Positions 51,701 to 64,000 of a stretch of DNA of 64,000 bases are shown here, piece after piece. Within the stretch, counting starts at the first letter, position 1. Every line of letters starts with the position of its first letter. The position numbers were made by a program, and so were the translations under genes. The notes beneath the pieces were generated by a model, which was not told the DNA's origin, searched no databases, and saw only the letters and a list, made by a program, of their open reading frames with translations. The DNA is from Chrysomallon squamiferum (Eukaryota; Animalia; Mollusca): NCBI GenBank assembly GCA_012295275.1, contig CM022672.1:23746001-23810000 (forward strand), read 5' to 3'.

Positions 51701-54624
51701 CATCTATGTTTAACTAGTCTGCTCTTCAGGAGACCAATTTGATTAGATGTGTTAGTAAGTTGAGCGTGTTTTGATCTCTGTATTGTATAAACCTGTAATC
51801 ACTTCAGAAGAAATTTAGTGACGAAAACCAAGCACGCAAGACAAGACAGATATAAATTTTAATTGTTTTTCTATAGTTATTTGCAATAACATCTCAAATT
51901 CTTACATTAAGTGATTAATGAATAAAAACTCAGTAAGTTATTTGGAGAAAATGAACGAAATTTCGGTAAATCTCAATAAAATGATGCAATTTTTGCATGG
52001 TTCTCGAACCATACCATTTGTTAATATGTTTAAAGTGGCAGTGATTGTGTGATGAGGGTGTGAGCATCCAGCTTTGAACTGAGTTATTTTGAAATGTTTG
52101 ACTTTTGGGAGATTCCCGTCATACTGTGCACTCACGACTGTGCATTGTTTAAGACGTTGTTGATGTTATTCACTATAACAGTCTTCACGCGTGCCTAGGT
52201 TACCTGTGTGAATCACGTCTCGTTTATCTTCATATTCCACAGACACTATCGACCAAGATTTGCCTTACGCACAAGTGTGACCATTTTTCGACCTTTTTTT
52301 AATTGAAAACCATAAATTCGTTACATATTAATGGAACGTGTATACAAATTCGAATTGTCGGTTAAGGCTGAAATTACCAGTGATGGACGTGCGATCTTAC
52401 GGAGATGACGAAAATGTAGCGATTTAGCATTTGGTTTAGGTTTAATCCCGGGACAATGACGAAAGTTCAGTCTTGTCTGCGACAAATCCTCGAGTTAATT
52501 CTCTCTGAACTCTGCAGGATGCGAATAAAATACAGATTCCGTGAATTGGACGGTCTATTTTTGCAGTAATGTATTTAGATGTAATAGAATTTTGTTTATA
52601 TTTTTCCTAAGTTTTGTATCCCAAACCTTTAGTGATTTACGCTGTAAGTTAATGGGAAAAATTCGTAAAAAAAAATACAAGGTTACTGATCACAGAATGA
52701 TATAATCATATAAGTCTCATGATTAATTTTATAATGTAGAATGTTATTGACTACAACATTGCAGATAAGGCCAAATATAGCGTAATATGGCTTGGCATAG
52801 CATATGAAATCACTCTGGTTACAACTACGTACATATATATACAACAACAAAGCATCCACCTATACAAATATGGATACACGTTTCATGTATAGTAAACTTG
52901 CATCTAATTTAAGGCATACATATAAGAACAAAGCAATACGTTGCACATTCATACATATGTAACAATAAGAATAAACCATACGATATTCGGTATACTTACT
53001 GTCGCTATATCTAATATTTCTCAACATAGAAGAGAACATTATAATTGTTTCATTCATATTTAGCATTATATTATGCTATGTATTAGCATCAGATTAGGTC
53101 AAAAATGATATTATTCTGAACAGAATTTCTCAGAATTTTGCAAACTTTCAAGACAAATGCATACATGTTATAGTCTTCCTTATCCTCCTCTTCCAGTTTC
53201 CAGATTTGACAAAGTTGGAACATTAACCACAAGTGGTTTGTAGTTAATGATTCTGTGATGTCCAAATCCTCAGAGATTACGTTTACATGATTTAAATGAT
53301 GGCACAGTATTCGATCGGCACCGGTGACCGTTTTCTCTGTGTTTTTTGTCACGTAACAACTGGTAGCAATTGTGTCAGATAATCTTTCAGAAAGCTTATA
53401 TGTTTTCAAAAAAAAAAAAAAAAAAAAAAAAAAATGAAACTTTATATATATATATATATATATGTATATGTAAGGTTATTGTGGGAAACAGATAATTCAA
53501 TAACTGACTTGACTAATGCCTGATGCACATTTGTTTTCTCATTAAAGTGGAATTTTAGCTGTAAGCAATGCATTCAAGAGGCGTCTCAAAAGTCTCAAGG
53601 CCTGAATTTGAAGTATTTGGAAAAAATATTGCGTTAAATAACAAAGAGAAACAGTCAGGTACGCAAATACAGTTAGTGAACTACTTGTCTCGTTTATGAA
53701 CACTGGCGTACTTAGACAAGGTCGCTCAGTCGACAAGAAGGTCACTAATGAAGGTCGATTAGCTTTCAAAATTTGATTGCACTGACAATACTGAACGTAA
53801 CAGAGTTAAGTTTCCGGTTACATTCACAATCGGAATTGTTTAAGAATTTGGGTTAGAATGTCGTTTTCCCCACCAAAACAAAATATTGGATACACCCATG
53901 ATTAGGAATATAAATTGGAAAAATGCCCATAAACCGTAATGAAATGTAAAAATTCTGCGATTTATCATGCAGTTTCAAATTAATATCAATAATATATAGG
54001 GACGACAGAAGAGGAATCAAGACAAGAAAACTAAAAAGAAGAAAACACGATTTGCTTTTAAGAAGACAGCCTCCCAAACTAATGCAGTTTGTATTATGAA
54101 GTTTGAAAATGAAACTTTAACACACTTGTCTTTAAGAAGACTGAAACTCTAACGCATTTTCCTTTTAAAGAAAACTGGTAGGGAAATAAATGCACAATTT
54201 TTTAAAGAAAACTAATGCATTTTGCTTTTAATGAAACATATTTTTACGGTTGCAAGTACAGTACGAACATCTGATAATAAAGCCATATTACGTTATTAAA
54301 TCTTCTAGACTCTCAGATTTAATTTCATTCGTAATTATTAATATTTTCATAATGTCTAGTTCAATTAATTTAATGGACAAGATTACAAGTAATCTGCTCT
54401 TCATTTATTCTCATAGGTTTCATATTCGTATTAAAATAACGTATTTTGTTAATTTAACTAACATTTTTATTATAAATTTCTGTTTTGTCAATACTAAAAC
54501 TCCAGTCTAATCCAATAACAATATGCAGTTTAATCAAACTAATTAAATATTTACATCATCAAATATAAATCTAGATGACGGTGGTAAACTATACACACAC
54601 CCTTACGTCTACGACTTTATCTCT

Positions 54625-54791
54625 GTATTGCGAAGATAACAAAGACTTGCATGAACTCTTCTGTCCGTGTGGTGCATATAAAATAATTCCTGGAAGCTAA
54701 TCGTAAAGAGTAGCCCATAGTGTTTATATATATATATATGTAAAATGAAACATGTTGAGTGCACCGTTAAATAAAACATATCCTTTCCTTC
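54625..54791 (+). mobile_element. Decayed SINE-like interspersed repeat fragment (3' part)
   Basis: GGTGCATATAAA..GCTAATCGTAAAGAGTAGCCCAT..TGTTGAGTGCACCGTTAAATAAAACAT..CCTTTCCTTC; similar to 11270-11405 and, from memory only, to a gastropod SINE 3' end. Confidence 0.55.
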
Positions 54792-56008
54792 TTTTTTTTT
54801 TTTTTAATCTGTTCTTCTAGTCTATCTGTTCTGTCGAGTTTTCAGCTTAAGGATATGTGAATGCTACTATATGCATTCTTCCATACAGTTTGAGGAAAAG
54901 TGCATCTATTCAATATGACATGGTCTCTACCGGTTAACAGCGCGCACAATCATTCAAATGTCCGCATATTCTAAATCCTGCACCAAATTCTGATCACTTT
55001 TTAAAAATTTTAAAATAATTTCTTTTTTTTTTTAAAAAAACGAAGAAATTAAAAACGCTCTTTCGAAAATTTACTATGTACGAAAAATTAATACAAAATT
55101 AATTAAAAATTCAAATATAAATATATTTTTGTTTGTGAAACAAGTTGACATTCCGTTTGTTTCAGTAGATTAAATGCATCTAAAAGTACAAAAGATTAAC
55201 ATGTTTTTCTTTTCTTCTTGAAAAATATGTCAACAAAATAACATTAAATTTCTATAATGCGCTGTATTTAAATTATCACAGAAAGCTTTGAATCAATTTT
55301 CTTGTCTTGCCTTTTTCTTTTTGCTCTCGTTTCCTTGTTTTCTTAAGTCTTTTTTACTGTCAGTTTTGTTTTAAGGACGCAAAGGTTAATGCCAACTTAA
55401 AATTATTTATATACAGGCGACCTTTTAATAAAACGTCAACTCATAATGATTTCTTGATTTAGAAGTCTTTGAAACATACATTCTTGACATAACGAGATCA
55501 ACACGTAATATACATTTCATTGTCAGTGATCATCTCAAAATAACTTGAATTTAACTTCATGGACATTTTTAATATTAAATTTGCATTATGAAAAAGAAAA
55601 CAATTGAATGAATGAATGAATAAATAAATAACCTTAAAACAGAATAAGTATTAAGAGATGAATATTCTACTCTTTGATTTACATAAACAATTTTACTCCC
55701 AGTTTTGAATATGTGTGTATATGTGTATATCCATTTGTGAATTTGGAACTCGTGCAGTACTTTTTAGCAATACATGAATAACAATATAGTTATTTATCCA
55801 CTACCATACTTCTGTACAGATAATAATTATCTGTTCTACAAACTACTGACTTCGAGTTCAATGCTTTCACACTAATCTAAAGCTCCTCAGTAGCTTGCTT
55901 TTTGATATGTTTCTAGAGGCGTAATGTCAGTACATAATTAGTTCGTTATTTCCTCCATTGTTAGAAAAAGGTGAAAAGGTGAGTTTAAAATTATCTTATC
56001 ATTCCTTT

Positions 56009-56010
<2 letters not shown>

Positions 56011-56098
<88 letters not shown>

Positions 56099-56135
56099 TC
56101 TCTCCCTCTCCCTCCCTCCTTTGTCTCTCTCTCTT
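56011..56135. repeat. (TC)n microsatellite / pyrimidine tract
   Basis: Direct inspection. Confidence 0.95.
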
Positions 56136-57490
56136 GAATGTTGTCTCTATCTCTCTTTCCGACTATCAGTCTGTATGTCTTTCTCCTCTCCTTTTTTTTC
56201 ATTTCCTGCTTTATTTTTATATATTCAGCATTTAATGCTATTGCTCTGCATTTGATTTTTTTGTATTTCATGCTATTTCTTCATTTCTTATTCTTTGTGT
56301 CTTGCACTTTCTGTATTATCCGCTGCCTTTCTTGTTGCGTCTCCATCTCTCACTCATCCTCTCCCATGCGCAGTATTTCTCACTGTCTTTGTTGTTTACT
56401 TCTCTGTCTCTCACTTTTCCCCTCTCTTGCCCTCTACGCCTCTCTGTCTTTATTATTGTTACAAAATTACAGAAATCTCGTTAATTTTATTTCTTAAAGC
56501 TCTGTAGCCTTCTATAGAAAATCATCTTGAAAGAAATGACCACGTTGGAATAGATTCTGTCAACAACTAAGGCATTACAGAGTACACCAACACGCAAACT
56601 CCCACACCTAAGGGTGATCTCACAGTGTGAGATCACGTAGACGGAACTTCTGTTAGACAAACAATACCATCGATCCTATTTGTAGCATTCTTTGCAGTTA
56701 TAACTAATTGAGATATTATGCGAATCCATCATAGCAAAACATTTTCTACAATTATTCTTGAAAGCAAACTCCATTAACTTTGTGAAAATATTTAGCAATA
56801 GCATTTAAAGTACCATATTTTCTTTCCATTTTTTTTCTTTTGCCATTTAATGATTTTTATGCGAATAATAAAAAAAAAAATACAAAGGAAAACACGTGTA
56901 ATAATATTTTTTTGTTTTTTCAAAGCAAGATGAATCTGAGTGGGCTATGTACATTTCCTCGGATGGGAAATAATAAAAAAAAATACTATACAAGTCATAT
57001 AATTATCGTATTTCCGAGTTGCTAATTATGTCACGACTGTGTTAAATGGCATTCAGAAGTTTATAAATGAAAAATGTCACAGCAATAATAATAATAATTA
57101 TTATTATTATTTTTAAATCTTTATGTTTATTCTCTGTGCTGAGTAGAGGGGCGGGGAAAAAAAAAAGGTAGAGGTGTAGACTGAAAAAGTCTGATTCACT
57201 GTTGTTTTTACAACATCCAGTAAACAATACATACGTTTTAACTTATTCGTCCGAATCAGACACATTGTTCAGTATGCAGATTAAAACTGATTCTAAGACT
57301 TCTCTGAAAGATTTCCCAGTGCAGGAAATAACAGAACAGCCCAAAATAAGATTTCTTTAATTAAAACATCAGAGACACTGTCATGTTAGAGTGGATCTCT
57401 GTAGAATTGTGAAATAAATATTTATATTTTTTAGCGTCGCTTAGTCACTTATAAATCATATAATACAATTACGGAACTGTCTAGACGGCT

Positions 57491-57859
57491 CGGGATTTTC
57501 AGTGTCGATGCATTTTGCAAACCCAAAGGAGCAAAGTTTATTTCATAATCATTCATATATTTAGTGAAGGTCGAAACAAATTACGATCGCCAGAATTATT
57601 TTTAATAGAAATACGGGATTTTCAGTGTCGATGCATTTTGCAAACCCAAAGGAGCAAAGTTTATTTCATAATCATTCATATATTTAATGAAGGTCGAAAC
57701 AAATTACGATCGCCAGAATTATTTTTAATAGAAATACGGGATTTTCAATGTCGATGCATTTTGCAAACCCAAAGGAGCAAAGTTTATTTCATAATCATTC
57801 ATATATTTAGTGAAGGTGGAAACAAATTACGATCGCCAGAATTATTTTTAATAGAAATA
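57491..57859. repeat. 123-bp tandem repeat, 3 near-identical copies
   Basis: Units start CGGGATTTTC at 57491, 57614, 57737; about three substitutions in total. Confidence 0.97.
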
Positions 57860-60759
57860 TGGAATGAATCTAATATCAATTTGATTGATGGAATTTGGAA
57901 TAGAGAAAAAATACAGTTTGTGTATGGCAGCATAAAAATAGTAAAAATGAAAATGAGCAATATTTAAACACTGTTCTTTCTTTCTCTCCTTCTTTCTCTC
58001 CCCGTGTCTGTCTCTGTCGATCTATCTATTTATTACATCTGTATCCATTCATTTCACATTTTGTTTCCAGCGACTAATATCCTCAGGACACAATCGTTAT
58101 ACAATTTATCGTTTTTCATTTGTGTACACATCAGCTTCATTGTGATAGATTATTACTGACTAATGGTGTCTACCTGAGGCGACATGTAAACAAATATATT
58201 TCTGATGTACTGATTTTGTTTGAACAAGGCAATCTGTAATTGATTTTTTTATTTTTTATTTATTTTTTTTTATTAAGTGATCAATGGTATATAAATTAAT
58301 TAAATATTGAATTATAATGCATAGGCGAGATATTTGACGATTATTATTTTTTTTTTTTTTTAAAATATATATCATTTGAACAGATTTTTATTAATTATTC
58401 AGTAACTGCAGACGATCATTTTAGGCAGGATCCCATTTTCTGAGTTATATTTTAATGATTTGTTTTATTAGTATTAAAAAGCCTAATGCTGTGATCAGTA
58501 TGCAGTGAATATTATTTTTTTATTGTTATATTTATTCATCCAAAGACTGTACCTTTTAATTTGTTGCATAATTTCGATCAGATAATTTTATGCTGATATA
58601 ATTCTAGTAGCACTCGTTGCTGAACAGATTCTTGGTTCTACTGTTATTAAATACCCTTTACAATTACATGACAAACATCACTTAAAATCGTGTGTCGCCA
58701 TGCAAAATATCCAACCAGCAACAAAAGAACTCCTAATTAAGTTGTCTGCTAACATTTTATACATCCCGAAGGTTTTGTTAGCAAGAACGATGAAGTAACA
58801 GGTAATTGCCTGCACGTTACAATGAAACGAGAACATACTATTTCCTCTTGACCAGGCCGTTGCTTGTTATGCATGTTTAATTTTCCACTAGACGATGTCA
58901 AACGGGCTTTAATCATGAATTACAGCGGAGCAACGCACTGACCGACTTTCCGCACAGATTCGATGTTCACTGATAAAATCACTAACAAACTCTCTGTTTC
59001 AATTTGTTGACGACGGCGGTCTAACACTGCATGTTTGGGTTTATAGTGTTTGAATAGTGAATCTTTGTTAAACCACACAACTGAATATATTGCATATTTT
59101 CAAAATATTAATATGTAACAGGTATCAATCTTATATTATTTTGTATGTAAATAATAAAAAATAAAAAAAAAAAAAAAATTTTTTAAAAAGTGTAAAAGTG
59201 TAAAAAAAAATAATCCTTTACACCCACTCCTTTGGGTTTTTTGTTTTCCAGTTGCCATGACAGAGCGATTGTCAAAGTCTTGAGGGTAGCTATTTCCTGT
59301 TCATGCCCGAAACACGATAAAATATTCAATGTCTGAACATAAAAATCACTGAAATACTGGTCATTTTTTGTTTCGTTATCACTGGTTGAACAGGTCAAAA
59401 ATAATTCCTCGTGAAAATGGTCGATGAGAATGATTTTGTGTCTAAAAGTTGTGCGAATAGAATAAATCATTGTCGATTCAAGCAGTAACGAATACTCTTG
59501 TATTCAGAGGAGTAACCAGCGAATCTGTTAGAAGTGACTGCTAAATGGTGCGTTTCTGATCACTGCTATTAGTAATACAGAATTACACATGTTAAACATC
59601 CATATAGATAATAATTATAAACAATTTACAAATGTTGGCTTTCACAATTTACTTGTAACATAGCAAACAACTGTAGCCATAACCGTAACGAAAACTGATG
59701 GAGAAATAGTAAAATAATATTACGATATTAAATTGTCTTATTTATATTCATTTGAAACATTCTGACACTTCTGTAGTGGAATCAGCCTTATTTAATAAAT
59801 TTAAACTTACAATTTAGTATAATTTGAAAACCAAAAAAGTAATAAACTTTTCATGATATGTCCTAAATAAATGGAATATAACGTATATACGTATACAACG
59901 ATGTTCGCACATGCATGCACAGACACGCGCACGCTGTAATACACATGCACATACACGCCTAGACAAGCACGTATGCACATAAAGTAACAGTATTGTTAAA
60001 TATCACAAACTGATTTAGGAAGTTTCTAAATATATTTTTATCTTTCTTCATTAGTGAAATTGAAGCAGATGTAATGGAATAGTGCGAAGCCAATGCATTT
60101 CAAAGTCACAGACAGAAATAAGACTTCTCTCTTATTACACCTTTCCAGAAAGAGAAACTTTATTAAATTAAAATTGGAATGCACCAGAAAGTTATTTTCT
60201 TTCATTTTCATAACCTTAAATCTGGAGACAGTGAAAGAAAGAAATGAATAAACGTCAAATGGAAATTTAGCAACACATCATGTTATTGAGATTTAATATA
60301 AATATATTAAGAAAGAAGATAAAATTATAATCATGTTAACGAAAACGAACAAATGAAAACAAAAAGAAAATAAATACCTTGACCAGCATTAAAGTAATGA
60401 AGCTCTTTGCATGTCGTGTTAATGTATATGAATAAGAAATAACATAAACTGATTGGATTGCTTTCTGAAAAAAAAAAAAAAAAAGAAGAAGAAGAGAAAA
60501 ACCTTTTCCACGGTTTGAATAATAATGTCTAAAGTTAAACAACAGACAAAAAGGATTTATATTGTTGTGAGGTCTGCCTGGTATAAACCTGAAAAACTGT
60601 TACAAATGTTCACATTTTTTTTGTTTAATCTTAGGCATATAAAGTGGTATTAGTTAAGTTATGCTGTGACCCTAACAAAAGTGGCTTAATTTTAGTAGCA
60701 GCACAACCATTAGTAGAGATAGCTGTAACAGTTGTAGAGCAATATAATTAGTATTAGTC

Positions 60760-61038
60760 GTTGTTATAGTAGCTGCAGTAATAGTAATAAAATAGTAGTA
60801 GTAGTAATGGTAGTAACAGCAGTTGTAATAACAAAAGTAGTTGCTTTATTAGTTGGAGTAGTAATAGTAATAATAATGTTGTAGTAGTTGTTATTGTATT
60901 AATACTGGTAGTAGTAGAAGTAGTAATAGTAGTAGTACTAGTAGTAGTACTAGTAGTAGTAATAGTAGTAGTAGTAGTAGTAGTAGTAGTAGAGTAGTAC
61001 TAGTAGTACTAGTAGTAGTAGTAGTAATAACAGTAGTA
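60760..61038. repeat. Degenerate (TAG)n trinucleotide repeat
   Basis: Direct inspection. Confidence 0.9.
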
Positions 61039-61705
61039 AACATGCATGACAGTTCAGCTTAGTACATATTCTCTTTTCTTTGCACCACACCTTGTCTGGG
61101 AATGTAACACAACGTGTGTTTGATCAGGAACACAGAGAACAGTTCAAGTAAATATCTCTCTATCTGAGGCACGGCACAAACTGCCGAGGAGTGGCGAGGG
61201 GGTATCAGTTACATCCCCGTCCTTTCATCAGCTTTTTCCTCCGCACCTACCAATACGTTTACGGAAATACCCAAACAATGGAAATCTTTCCAGCCGTGTT
61301 GAACACTGAATGAGCCCTCTGTTGTTTGTTTATTTTATGTTACAATCTCGACAGCCACGAATGCACGGTTGTGTGGACAATAATTTAACACCGGAATGAA
61401 AAACCAAAAAAAAAATAATCTTTGGATAAATGTTTTGTTATCTGAATCTGATGACCTTTTCCAGTACGCTGCAATAACTCTCGAAGACATGATCAAGAAC
61501 AATGTGTCTCAGTTGTGTTTAGTTTGTCATTATCTTTATTTTATTATTATTTTATCTTATTTATTTATTTCTGTAATGTAATTCAAGTACCAACATCCTG
61601 TAATAATATTTATAGGAAACTTTCCTGTCCATCCTGACATTTCTTTTTTTTTTTTTTTAGTTTTTCTTGTTGTTGTTGTTTTTTCTTTAATTGTCGATTT
61701 TTTTA

Positions 61706-61744
<39 letters not shown>

Positions 61745-61902
61745 GATTATTTTGAATAAAAAAATAACAGCAACAACAAAAAAGAGCATTAATAAACATT
61801 TATATAATTATACCTGAGCTATATATACCACATGAAATAAATTATTTCAGTCTTTTAAATTGTTTAGATTGCAATAGATATTATTATTAGTATTATTATT
61901 AT

Positions 61903-61904
<2 letters not shown>

Positions 61905-61973
<69 letters not shown>
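61905..61973. repeat. (TC)n microsatellite
   Basis: Pure dinucleotide run. Confidence 0.97.
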
Positions 61974-61976
<3 letters not shown>

Positions 61977-63756
61977 ATCATCTTTGCTATTATTATTATT
62001 TCTATAATGCTTTTTTATTATGAAAGAATAAAAGCAAAAGCTTTGCGTATCCGCTACTAGAGCTAATGTTACTTATTACCTTCAAGGCATGTTTTTATAT
62101 CACATTTTTTTCCGTTGACGAAATCACTGGCTAACTATTTATGAAGGTTGCAGCGCAAGGAGAATTTATCGCCGGTCATCGCTCTAACTACTAAATTAGA
62201 TCTAACTCCCCACGGTTCCTGGTTCAGAATATAGGTTCCGTGATGAATACATTATTATACACACGTCATTATATAGTCCTCATGGATACTGAAGTAAAAC
62301 TATATGAAAATACAGTATTAGAAGCAATATTAGTAGTCGTAGTAGTGACAGTAACGTAAGTCCTACTACTAATAATAGTAGTAGTAGTGGTATAAACATT
62401 AGTAGTACAGAGAGTATTAGAATTACTGTTAGTGGTAACAGTAGCAGAAAAAGTGTTATTATAGTAGTAATATAGCACATTAGTAGTAGTAGCAGACATA
62501 TATAACAGTTCAGCTTAGGTATTGTTTTTTTTTTTTTTTAGCTATTTTATGTCTATCGATTATTACAGTTTATGATATACGATGTATCAAGATTCTACGT
62601 AAGCTTTGGAATCACTATTTTGTCAAATACATATGTGTTTGTGTGTGTTTAAAAATGTATTACAATTCTGTACAGTCCTCATTACCTGAAATTAACCTTA
62701 ATATTAAGACTTCGTTTCTTTAGAGATATAACGTAATAATCATTAAAACCTCACTCCGAAGACAAAGAAAAGATACTTAAAACAATAGCAGACTTGAAAT
62801 AACCATTAAGAGAGACAAACAAACAAATAAACCACAAATATCCTATTCGTGGTGGAATAAATTGAAAAAAGATTCGTGAATAAGGAAATAAACATATTTT
62901 TCTTTGCTTATTTTAAAAAATTCATGATGTTCAACAGGTTTGTTCATATTCACACTGTTATAAAATTCCCCGGTTGTGTATCCCCATCTGTAAACTGTTT
63001 CTCCTCAATGTGTCCGCCATCATGCGACCTTGGAGTCAATTAAGTCGACGAATGCAAACAATCACCATTATCTCTCATAGTTTGATTGGTGTCTCAAGAG
63101 CTTATTACTAAAATGGTGTCCGCAATTTGCGTTTTACAGGGACAACATTATGTCCGGTCATCTTTAAAGCACACAATCATGCTAAACAATTCTGCAATTG
63201 TTAAGAACCGTGCAATTTCCAATTGTCCGTCCGTCTGACAGTTAATGGATCAGGATCCATGTAACAAGAAACCAATTTCCGTCAGTGAGGGAATAATCAG
63301 TCATTTTCAGTCATGTTTACCATTTGTTTTTGCCAGTAATCTGTGAATGATATTCGTAAGGAACCTCCCTCTGACCTCGTTGTGCACCCCGGGGCATTTA
63401 AATCAGTTGTTATGAATGTATATCTACGTGTTTTTGCAGCCTTCTGTGATTGTAGTATTATAGACATAATGCATGTACTAACAACAAAGATGTCAGCTAT
63501 GTCAATGTAATGTTTGAAACAAAATAAGAATTACAGTTAGAAAAATAAAATTCTAAAAATAATAATAATAAGAGTTATTACTGTCAAACAGTAATGAAAG
63601 TTTTAATGGCATTCAGCCATTCCATCCGCAATATTATTACGATAAAATGCACGAAACAGCAAATATAAAAACAAAAAGTGCAAAAACATTTAACAGTTTA
63701 TTTGGTTTTGAGAAAAACACTTCACAGTGTGGACTAGACAAACTTATTACCAGATT

Positions 63757-63802
<46 letters not shown>

Positions 63803-64000
63803 AATAAAGTAATCTATAACTTATTATGAATTAAACCTTAATATAACTATTTAAATTTTATATATATATATATATATATGTTAATATTATATATTCATAC
63901 ATCACGAGCCTATTTTTCTTCAGAACAGTTTCAGTGTTGAAGATTAAACGATATATTATCTACTTATTACAACTGTTTTCTTATAGCACAGAGTAATAAA

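Noticed and set aside
53089-53409. 106-aa ORF on - strand
   Set aside because: No recognisable domain, non-ATG start at the edge of a homopolymer run, and no partner exons found.
57515-57967. 150-aa ORF with a 41-aa repeat
   Set aside because: By-product of the 123-bp tandem repeat; non-ATG start and no recognisable domain.
37200-64000. Search for further genes, tRNA or rRNA in the upstream 27 kb (and in 1-19 kb)
   Set aside because: No convincing exon chain or structured RNA gene was recognisable by eye; small exons of a large flanking gene cannot be excluded.

Overview
AT-rich, microsatellite-dense eukaryotic (invertebrate, probably molluscan) genomic DNA; no prokaryotic features. I can support one intact protein-coding gene. 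It lies on the - strand with 8 coding exons (35477 to 26614), all GT-AG and phase-consistent, and encodes a 271-aa secreted two-Ig-domain protein of the Imp-L2/ZIG (insulin-binding protein) family. A probable non-coding first exon and a TATA/CRE/CCAAT promoter lie at ~36.6-36.85 kb. The most notable structure is just downstream (~19.1-22.7 kb): a collapsed, same-orientation relic of a tandem duplicate of this locus. It keeps a 33-bp piece of coding exon 4 and ~2 kb of the first coding intron, and that intronic block carries a cluster of nuclear-receptor-type elements (ER1, DR2, DR4, DR1) preserved in both copies. The relic carries a 722-bp TA-flanked pogo/Tigger-type MITE and a pogo-like transposase remnant. 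Other features are two microsatellite-armed fold-back palindromes, a 3x123-bp tandem repeat, intronic minisatellites, decayed SINE-like fragments and many simple repeats. Nearly all other ORFs in the supplied track are microsatellite or low-complexity artefacts. All alignments were done by eye.
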